From the NCBI GenBank assembly GCA_041576165.1, contig JBFGLM010000077.1, forward strand, positions 1 to 17,359: 17,359 nt of DNA. The letters run 5' to 3'. The stretch comes from Acidimicrobiia bacterium. Lineage in GTDB: Bacteria > Actinomycetota > Acidimicrobiia > Spongiisociales > Spongiisociaceae. Shown here one piece after another: positions 6,039 to 13,350 of the stretch. The position numbers and the translations under genes are program-made. Numbering within the stretch: position 1 is the stretch's first letter; the number at the start of each line of letters is the position of its first letter. Under the pieces are notes generated by a model that did not search any database, was not told where the DNA came from, and saw nothing but the letters and a program-made list of their open reading frames with translations.

Positions 6039-8255
6039 TCAGCTGGCAGCCGCCTCCTCGCCTGCATCGTCCTCGCGTTCGGCGACCCGGATCGCGAAGC
6101 GGCGCAGGACTCGGAACTCGGGTATCTCTTGGCCGGGAGGCAGTTCGAACTGGCGTGGCTCGTCGCCTGGGCGGGTCTCCTGCAGGGCACCGGTGGCAGC
6201 GCCGTGATTCTCGAGCACCACCATCATCTCGTAGCGCCCGGGCCGGTCGAACGCCAGGCGGCCTTCGAACCATCCGGTGCCTCGCTCGGCCTCCTCAAGC
6301 ACGAGTACCTCCTTGCCCGCTTCGGTCGGGTCGCGCTCAACGGCGCGAATCACTCTCGGCTCCAGGCCCGTGAGCGGGATCGGGTAGCGCATCCGCAATC
6401 CGAGATCGACAGCTTCCCCCGGGGCGTAGATCCGCTGGGGACCGAGCAAGGAGACCCAGGATCGGCTGTCCCGGACGATCGCGAACAGCTTCAACCGGAT
6501 GCTGCCTCCGCTAGCACGCACGACCCGCATGCGGTACAGCCCGGCAGGCTCGTCGATGCTGTACAGGACCCAGGGCTCCCCGGCCGGGTCCCGAAACGTC
6601 GCCGACCGGGGATCCACAACGCTCCCGGACTCATCTTCGATTACATACAGGTTGACGTCGGTGCCCAGCTCGTGGTTGACGATGAACTTCACCTGGGCGG
6701 CGCCGGGGGGCACGAGGCACTCGAGGTCGAAGCCGTCCGGTGTCACCTCCTCCGTGAAGGGCAGCTCGGCAATCGCCTGCAGGGCCTCCTCGTCGTGGCC
6801 GGCGGGCGGCGCCGGAGCCCCCTCGTCGGGCGCCGGGAGCGTGGCGGCGCGGGCCGCCGCAAGGTGGCTGTGGGTCTCGCTCCAGGCCTGCGTCAGCTCG
6901 TTGAGTATGTCGAGCGGATCGGAGGGGGTGGGCCACGACACGCCGGCGGTTTCGTCGCCTATCTGCTGAAGAAGACCCGCGTCGGCGTTTGGGCCGACGG
7001 CGATGGTGAACACGGGCACGCCGTCGGCGAGCAGGTCGCCCCATGCGGCGCTCGGATGAGTTCCTCCGAACGGGTCGGGCAGGATGTTGATGAACGGCGG
7101 AACGAACGGCGGGCCCGGGTTGTGCAAGCCGTCGGATAGGAGCACCATGCTCTGGGTGGCTGCGCGCTGCCCAGCCGTGAGGTGGTCGCGGCCGACGAGC
7201 ATCGCGCCGCCGATGTCGGTGTTGCCGCCGGCCTGGAGCATCATGTCGATGTCCTGGCCCACCTGTGTCTCGTTGAAGTCACCGGGAAGGCTGAGGGGCA
7301 ACACATCGACCGTGCCTTGGTTGAAACCGACGATCGCCAGCTTCTCGGGTTGAGGTGGATTGAGCGTGGCGGCGACCCACTGCTTCGCTCCGGCGCGCAC
7401 GGCGGCCTCCTTGTCCCCCGCCATGCTGCCGGATATGTCGAGCACCAGGCAAAAGCGCCGCTCCTGGAGAAGCAGTTCCCAGCCGATGGTGGGCGGGTTG
7501 GTGCCCGGCACGGACACGAAGCCATTGCCGGTGGGTGGGACGACATTTGGATATTCGAGCGGGGCGTCGGGGGGCGGCAAGGCAGTGTCGGCGGGTACGG
7601 CAATGCCGACCTCCGCAGCAATGGTTTGGGCGCACGAGAGCGCACCCTGGTCGGTGTCCTGGCCCGCGAGGTGGTGGTTGGCAAGGGTGCAGAAGTGGGC
7701 GACGTATACGGGCAGATTGCTGCCCTGGGTGAGCATCACGGGCGCCCGGATGGTCTCGTTGCCCATTGCGTCCACACTCACGAGCGTGTAGTAGAACGAG
7801 TTGCCGAAGTCCATGATGCACGCAGACCGATGTGTGTCTCCGGTGCATGTGCTGGCAACAGTCGAGTTCTGGTACTCGTCCTTGAGCCCGAAGGCGTGGT
7901 GGCCCAGCTCGTGCACGATGGTCTGCGGCTCCTGCCGTGCGGAAGCTGGCAGCTCGAAGGCTGCGTCCCACGTCTTCAGGCCCAAGACCGGGGCCAGCGC
8001 GGTCCCCCCAACCTCCAGCAGGACCACATCGGCCTCGTGGTCGGCAAACTTGTTGTTGGCCACGAATACGGTGCCGATCTCCACCTGACCGTCCGTGGCG
8101 TGCTTGAGGAGGAACGAAGCGTGGTTGAACGCCCGATGCCACAAGCCGTTCATTCCGATGATGGAGGCGTCCGTCTCGTCGTAGTCGAACGATGCCACCA
8201 GGTGGATCTTGCCCGGCTGCGCGCCAACGCCAGGTATGAAATGGCCGATCCCCAT
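6039..8255 (-). CDS. CLCA-like zinc metalloprotease + von Willebrand factor A domain protein (738 aa)
   Basis: Zincin motif VHELGHHAFGLKDEY (HELGH at 7913-7899), then ACIMDF and FCTLANH. vWA MIDAS LVLDISGSM (DISGS at 7439-7425), GGNTDIG and LLSDG. Beta-rich C-terminus. ATG8255 is preceded by GAGGGGGA. The 913-aa ORF in the track extends into an upstream pseudogene. Confidence 0.85.
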   Translation of the reverse strand: MGIGHFIPGVGAQPGKIHLVASFDYDETDASIIGMNGLWHRAFNHASFLLKHATDGQVEIGTVFVANNKFADHEADVVLLEVGGTALAPVLGLKTWDAAFELPASARQEPQTIVHELGHHAFGLKDEYQNSTVASTCTGDTHRSACIMDFGNSFYYTLVSVDAMGNETIRAPVMLTQGSNLPVYVAHFCTLANHHLAGQDTDQGALSCAQTIAAEVGIAVPADTALPPPDAPLEYPNVVPPTGNGFVSVPGTNPPTIGWELLLQERRFCLVLDISGSMAGDKEAAVRAGAKQWVAATLNPPQPEKLAIVGFNQGTVDVLPLSLPGDFNETQVGQDIDMMLQAGGNTDIGGAMLVGRDHLTAGQRAATQSMVLLSDGLHNPGPPFVPPFINILPDPFGGTHPSAAWGDLLADGVPVFTIAVGPNADAGLLQQIGDETAGVSWPTPSDPLDILNELTQAWSETHSHLAAARAATLPAPDEGAPAPPAGHDEEALQAIAELPFTEEVTPDGFDLECLVPPGAAQVKFIVNHELGTDVNLYVIEDESGSVVDPRSATFRDPAGEPWVLYSIDEPAGLYRMRVVRASGGSIRLKLFAIVRDSRSWVSLLGPQRIYAPGEAVDLGLRMRYPIPLTGLEPRVIRAVERDPTEAGKEVLVLEEAERGTGWFEGRLAFDRPGRYEMMVVLENHGAATGALQETRPGDEPRQFELPPGQEIPEFRVLRRFAIRVAEREDDAGEEAAAS

Positions 8256-8299
8256 TGCTCCCCCTCGGTTGTCCCTTCCCCAGAGGGTACCTAAGGCGA

Positions 8300-8620
8300 T
8301 CAGCATGCGTGCGCAGATGGCAGCCAGCGGCCGTCCGGGTCGTCGGTGCCGATGCGTAGGCGCTTGCCGTCCGCGCGCCGCAGCTCCACCGCGTCGAGCC
8401 CCGACACGTTCCACAGCGTGCCGCCCGGGTACTCGCGGATGGCCTAGGCAGTACCACCCGCGGTTGCGAGCCTTGGAAGCCGACGTCAGCTGGTCGAGGT
8501 GCAACCGCTTCACGGGCCAGCCGAAGCGGAACCGGGCGGTCAACGCAGCGTCGTCGACCGTCACGGTCATCGGACTCAGGCCGACGGCCACGGTCAATAC
8601 GATGAGGATGCCCGCCGAGC
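8300..8620 (-). pseudogene. Frameshifted remnant of a conserved small membrane protein (RNxWWYGWGIR...WNVSGLDAVE...RIGTDDP type)
   Basis: One frame gives GILIVLTVAVGLSPMTVTVDD...RNRGWYCLG. After an extra base near 8441 the next frame gives IREYPGGTLWNVSGLDAVELRRADGKRLRIGTDDPDG. A second probable shift lies near 8329, and no credible start codon remains. Confidence 0.75.
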
Positions 8621-8646
8621 GGCGTGGGGTTGAAGTCCTGCTACCT

Positions 8647-8714
8647 CGGCGACACCTCCGCACTTGCGCGCAAGCCCGTGCCATCTGCCGGCCACCGGAC
8701 GCCTTGTGTGCGTC
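8647..8714 (+). repeat. Partial copy (C) of the dispersed intergenic element
   Basis: TGCGCGCAAGCCCGTGCCATCTGCCGGCCACCGGACGC matches B (TGAGCGCAAGCCCGTGCAGTTTGCCGG) and A (TGCCGGTTCCCGGACGC). Confidence 0.7.
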
Positions 8715-8850
8715 GTGAGCGGATTCGCTCGGGTCGATATGGGACTCGAAGCCCGGGAACCCTCCCTCTCCGAGCTCCACAACACGGATCGTCGGCTAGC
8801 GCCAGCCTCGCGCCGTCACCGGACCCGCCAGTGCACACCACCGATCGTCA

Positions 8851-9068
8851 GATCTGGGTGATAACGCCCCTCTCTCGATCGAGCGCATAGCGGCACGTCG
8901 TGAGCGCTCCCTCGCGCTCGGATCGACCGCGCCAGGTGGCCGCGCGTTCGGTGCGGCCGACGACCGGGCGCTGCGTGAGCGCAAGCCCGTGCAGTTTGCC
9001 GGTTCGGCTCGGATCACGGTGCGCCAGATCGCTCCGGGCGGTGAGTGATCTGCGCGCAGGATCCTCGC
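8851..9068 (+). repeat. Dispersed intergenic element, copy B (~215 bp)
   Basis: Collinear with 1765-1972. Shares the exact hairpin GGCCGCGC-GTTCG-GTGCGGCC and the boxes GTGAGCGCAAG and TTGCCGGTTC. Confidence 0.85.
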
Positions 9069-9273
9069 TTCGGTCCAGTTGGCAGCCGCTCAGATTCGAG
9101 TCCTCCTAGGTCCACTGGTCACTCTCGAACCCACATCGCCCCTCGTCAGAATCTGGGTTTCGGGCTTTGTCCTGTTTGGTAGGGGAGTGTCTCTTGTCAC
9201 ACCTCCGCTCCGATCGTTGCATCCCCTCTCTGGCAGGGATTCCGCAACCTGCGGGAAGCGGAAGGGTGATGGG

Positions 9274-9279
9274 TAGGCT
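9274..9279 (+). promoter_or_regulatory. Putative -10 box (TAGGCT) of a leaderless transcript for the MalT-like regulator
   Basis: TAGGCT lies 7 nt before ATG9287 with no Shine-Dalgarno, a geometry typical of actinobacterial leaderless genes. Confidence 0.5.
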
Positions 9280-9286
9280 CTCCTGC

Positions 9287-11596
9287 ATGGACTCCAATCC
9301 GGTGGAAACGCTGGAGGACCAGGCGATCCCCGGAGGGGCCGCCTCTTCAGGCGACGCTATCAGCGAGTTGGTCGCGACGAAGTTCGGTTCTCCCGTCTCG
9401 GTTCCGGACCTGCTGGGCAGGCCCGCCCTCGTCGACCACCTGAATGATCAGCACGGACGACTCGCGCTGATCAGTGCCCCGGCCGGATGGGGCAAGTCGT
9501 CGCTGGTGACCGCGTGGTACGAGGCGATCGCGGCCGATCGGTCCTTCGCTTTCCTCACTCTGGAGCCAGCAGATGACGACGCGCCTATCTTCTGGAGTTA
9601 CTTGCTCGCAGCGCTGCGAACGGTTCGCCCCGAGCTCCTGCAGGGTGCAGATGCCTTGCTGCGTTCTGCTGGGGTAGATCCCATGCGCGGGATCGTCCCA
9701 CGCCTCATCAACGAGCTCTCGATGAGCGACGAACCCATCGTTCTGGTTCTCGATGACTACCACACGATCATCCAGCAGGCGATCCACGATTCGGTTCTGT
9801 ACGTGATCGATCACCTTCCTCAGTGTCTGACACTCGTCATCAGTACCCGATGGGATCCCCCGTTCCCCCTCGGTCGGCTCCGGGCATCGGGTGAGATGAT
9901 CGAGCTGCGCGCCCCTCAGCTTGCGCTCACTGTGGACGAGGCCGCACAGCTGCTCTCGAATCGGTTCGGTCTGGCCTTGGCGGACGACGCCGTGGAGGAG
10001 CTCCACCGGAGAGCGGAGGGGTGGCCTGCTGGGCTTCAGCTGGCCGGCATCTCGATGCAGTCCGAGGCAGATCCCGAGTCTTTCGTGAAGCGGTTCACCG
10101 GGGAAGACCGCAACGTGGCGGACTACCTCACCGGAGAAGTGCTGTCGCGATTGCCCGACTCGCGCAGAGACTTCCTCCTCCGCACGTCGGTACTCGACCG
10201 TCTCAGCAGCGAACTGTGCGACGAGGTCGCCGGCGTTTCTGATTCCCACGACACTCTGGAAGCCTTGGAACGCACCAACCTCTTCTTGATTCCGCTCGAC
10301 AATCGGCGGACTTGGTATCGCTATCACCATCTCATGCGGGACTGGCTCCGACACGAGCTGGATCGAACGGCACCTGGTGCGATCGCTGAGTTGAGGATCA
10401 GGGCGAGCCTTTGGCACGCCGAGCGCGGAAGGCTGGAAGCGGCCGTCACCTATGCGATTGGCGCCGGCGACGCGGAGTTGGCCGCCGATTGGATCGACCG
10501 CTACGTCACGGACTGGCCGCAAGTCAACTGGCCACTCCTCGGCTCCTGGTTCAAGGAGCTGCCAGACGACGTGATCGCCCTGCGTCCGATCGCAGTGACG
10601 GCACGGGTCTGGCTGGGGATGGTCACAGGCGATGTGGCAGGAGCGGCCCGTTGGATCGAGTCCGCCGAAGCAGGGATCGACTCGGTGCCGGCCGATTTGC
10701 GGCCAACTTCCGAGACCATGGCCGAGTTGTTCCGTGTCGCCGTCGCCTTCTTCGACGGCGAGATGGAGTCGGCCCGAGAAGGGGCAAAGATTCTCGCCGA
10801 CGAGCTCAGACGTCCCGACAGCACGATGGTGCGGCCGCTTCGACCTGCTATGCGTGCCGGAGCGATCGGCCTGGTCGCTCTCAATTCGTTCTGGACGCTT
10901 GAGGCCCGCGAGGCCATTCCTGTGCTGCGAGAGGCGGTGGCGACGCGTGCTGAGGCGTCGATCCCGGATCACGGCTTCACCGCCTTGCTCTCCCTAGCTC
11001 ACTCCGAAGTCGGCGAGTGGGATGCCACCGAAGAGGCCGCTGCTGCCGCCTTCTCCCTCGCCCGCCACTTCGATGGCTACGTGTGGCCCGACCTGATGCC
11101 GGCCCACTATGCAATCGGGCGGACCCTCGTAGCCCGGGGGGAACGCCAGTCGGGAATCGAGCAGATCGAGAAGGGCCTGGAAATGGCGCGGGAGTTTGGC
11201 TGGTCCATCTTCATCGCCTACGGCTGCTTGGTGCTCGCCGACGCCTCGGATGACTATGTCAAGAAGCGGGCATTGGTGCGAGAGGCCAGACGACTGATCG
11301 ACGCCACCGCGGATCCGGGACGGCTGCCCGAACTCGTCACCGCCATGGAGCGGAAGCTTGCGATGCGCCGACCCGTCAAGGCCTCCTCGGGGTCCGTGTA
11401 CGTCGAGCCTTTGACCGATCGGGAGCTCGAGACGCTTCGCCTTCTCCAGACGGACCTCTCTCAGCGGGAGATCGCCAACCAGCTCTACATCTCCCACAAC
11501 ACCATCAAGGGCTACACGAAGTCCCTCTATCGGAAGCTCGGCGTCTCCTCGCGTGCAGCCGCCGTTGAGACGGCGCGCGGCCTCGATCTCATCTAG
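9287..11596 (+). CDS. MalT-like (STAND ATPase + LuxR HTH) transcriptional regulator
   Basis: Walker A SAPAGWGKSS, Walker B LVLDDYH, AEGWPAGLQL and WYRYHHLMRDWL, then a TPR-like sensor region and a C-terminal LuxR HTH (LTDRELETLRLL...IANQLYISHNTIKGYTKSLYRKLGV). Confidence 0.95.
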   Translation: MDSNPVETLEDQAIPGGAASSGDAISELVATKFGSPVSVPDLLGRPALVDHLNDQHGRLALISAPAGWGKSSLVTAWYEAIAADRSFAFLTLEPADDDAPIFWSYLLAALRTVRPELLQGADALLRSAGVDPMRGIVPRLINELSMSDEPIVLVLDDYHTIIQQAIHDSVLYVIDHLPQCLTLVISTRWDPPFPLGRLRASGEMIELRAPQLALTVDEAAQLLSNRFGLALADDAVEELHRRAEGWPAGLQLAGISMQSEADPESFVKRFTGEDRNVADYLTGEVLSRLPDSRRDFLLRTSVLDRLSSELCDEVAGVSDSHDTLEALERTNLFLIPLDNRRTWYRYHHLMRDWLRHELDRTAPGAIAELRIRASLWHAERGRLEAAVTYAIGAGDAELAADWIDRYVTDWPQVNWPLLGSWFKELPDDVIALRPIAVTARVWLGMVTGDVAGAARWIESAEAGIDSVPADLRPTSETMAELFRVAVAFFDGEMESAREGAKILADELRRPDSTMVRPLRPAMRAGAIGLVALNSFWTLEAREAIPVLREAVATRAEASIPDHGFTALLSLAHSEVGEWDATEEAAAAAFSLARHFDGYVWPDLMPAHYAIGRTLVARGERQSGIEQIEKGLEMAREFGWSIFIAYGCLVLADASDDYVKKRALVREARRLIDATADPGRLPELVTAMERKLAMRRPVKASSGSVYVEPLTDRELETLRLLQTDLSQREIANQLYISHNTIKGYTKSLYRKLGVSSRAAAVETARGLDLI

Positions 11597-11620
11597 CCCA
11601 GCTTCGTCGAGCGTTGCCCG

Positions 11621-13303
11621 TCAGTCGGCGAGGGCCCGCCCTAGGAACGCCTCCCCCCGCAACGGACGCTTGCGGACGTAGTCGAGTATGAATCGGCCTA
11701 ACAGCCTGCGGTCTCTGCGGAAGTAGTAGAGCATCCCGATGATGTCGCTGAGTAGCTGGTGCACGCCGTGTGTGTGGGTGGCCACGAACGTGCACTGTTC
11801 GAGTTCGTCGGACTCGCCGCGGTACAGGATCTTCGCCATCAGCAACACTGCGTCAAGGCTCGTTTTGTTCGCCACGGGCAATCCGCGGGCATCTGTCGGA
11901 TGGATAAGGATCGGCTGTTCCACCTGAGAGAGTCGAGTCACCAGATGTGATCCCAACGCGGTGTCGTCCCGTGCACCCTCGTTGTTGGGGAAGAGGCAGA
12001 TCCCATCGAGTCCCAGCTCGGTCAGACAGTGATCGATGGCCCGGATTGCTCGGTCCTCGTCGCTGGCATCGATCGCACCGATGGCCAGGAACTCGCCTGG
12101 GTAGTCCGCCGCGCAGCGGGCAAGCTCGGCGTTGTAGCGTTTGAGGAGCCGGTCGATATCTCCACTGGGAAGCTGCCACAACTCCGGAAGGTCGAGCGTG
12201 ACGTGACACAGATCTCCGTGGTCTTCCTTCCAGGTCTTGACCCGGCTGATGTCGAAGCGAAGCCCAGGATCCGGTTCGATCCCGAGCGCTCGAATGTCGG
12301 CCTCGACCGCTTCTGGTATCGCGTGCAGGTGGAGCGGCGGCAACGGATCGGAAGAGGTGGCGTCGGTGCTTACCGGAGAGGCGCCGCCTGTAAACAACGC
12401 CTGTGCATTGCTGCGGTACATCCGCTCCCGATGAGCCTCGGGGAAGTTGCGGTCCAACTGCTGTGTCCAGTACGTCATCTTCGACTTGCCCGCCCAGGGG
12501 AAGTCGGATGAGAACACGACGTGACTGGGATCCGTGAACCTGAGCAGAGAGGAGATCGCGTCGCCGGTCACGAATTTGGCGGTGTCGAGGTAGAGCTGAT
12601 CCTTCCAGGCGTCGAGTTCGGCTGCCTGGATGGGTCGCTCGCGCCCTAGCACCTCCGCGATGGCCGGCAGAACGCCTCCGCCGTGCGCGGCGACGAATCG
12701 GATTTGCGGATAGTCGCGATGGAAACCCGAATCGAGCAAGCTGAGGATCGCCTTCGTTGTGTCGAGGAACCACCAGTAGTAGATATTCAGAAAGCCATTG
12801 CCCGACTGAGTCGGAGTCGTGTTCGGATGGATGAAGACCATGGCACGGTCCTCATCCATGCGCTCGAACAGCGGCCGATATGACGGATCGCCGATGTACC
12901 GTCCGTCGACGTTGCTCATGAGGATCACGCCGTCCATGCCGCCATCTCTGACGGCTCGGTCGTATTCGGCGATCGCTCCGTCCACATCTGGGAGGGGCAG
13001 CGACGCAAATCCGCCGAAACGATCCGGATGGCTGGCCATATGAGCCATGAGCTCGTCGTTGCAGGACCGCGCTAGGTCACGGGCTGCGGCGTCATCGCCG
13101 AAATGAACACCCGGGCAGGACACCGACAGCACCGCTCGCTCCACGTTCCATTGACTCATCATGCGAAGCGACTTCTTGGCCGACCATTTCGGAAACTGAA
13201 CCCCGTCGATCCCCGTAATACCTCGCTCGGATAGCGCTTTGACATACCTTGCGGGCACTGCGTGGTGCTGGAGGTCCCACTTCGAGTACTGGTGTCTAGC
13301 CAT
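11621..13303 (-). CDS. Amidohydrolase_2-family protein (aromatic-acid decarboxylase-like) with a second, truncated amidohydrolase domain
   Basis: Domain 1 has DLQHH, LARSCND, DRFGGFASLPL, VFIHP, AHGGG and FSSDFPW. Domain 2 repeats LHLH, LLKRYNAELA, ELGLDGICL and ILIHP. GAGGAG lies upstream of ATG13303. Confidence 0.9.
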   Translation of the reverse strand: MARHQYSKWDLQHHAVPARYVKALSERGITGIDGVQFPKWSAKKSLRMMSQWNVERAVLSVSCPGVHFGDDAAARDLARSCNDELMAHMASHPDRFGGFASLPLPDVDGAIAEYDRAVRDGGMDGVILMSNVDGRYIGDPSYRPLFERMDEDRAMVFIHPNTTPTQSGNGFLNIYYWWFLDTTKAILSLLDSGFHRDYPQIRFVAAHGGGVLPAIAEVLGRERPIQAAELDAWKDQLYLDTAKFVTGDAISSLLRFTDPSHVVFSSDFPWAGKSKMTYWTQQLDRNFPEAHRERMYRSNAQALFTGGASPVSTDATSSDPLPPLHLHAIPEAVEADIRALGIEPDPGLRFDISRVKTWKEDHGDLCHVTLDLPELWQLPSGDIDRLLKRYNAELARCAADYPGEFLAIGAIDASDEDRAIRAIDHCLTELGLDGICLFPNNEGARDDTALGSHLVTRLSQVEQPILIHPTDARGLPVANKTSLDAVLLMAKILYRGESDELEQCTFVATHTHGVHQLLSDIIGMLYYFRRDRRLLGRFILDYVRKRPLRGEAFLGRALAD

Positions 13304-13350
13304 CGCCGGCTCTCCTCATCCTCGACCTGATATCTCGACGCTTGCCGGCG

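Noticed and set aside
2823-8255. Known MoxR-vWA ternary conflict system or Thoeris system
   Set aside because: No MoxR AAA+ ATPase and no ThsA-like effector in the window, and the vWA gene is convergent rather than co-operonic.
8256-8780. 913-aa version of the vWA ORF starting at 8780
   Set aside because: The upstream 175 codons cross a repeat copy and a frameshifted pseudogene, and a good Shine-Dalgarno precedes ATG8255.
9347-10972. Long antisense or alternate-frame ORFs (e.g. 9347-10972 -, 7182-8294 +, 6129-7139 +, 7279-8457 -, 11853-12773 -, 574-1509 -)
   Set aside because: Shadow ORFs expected in GC-rich DNA. They overlap well-supported genes and carry no motifs.
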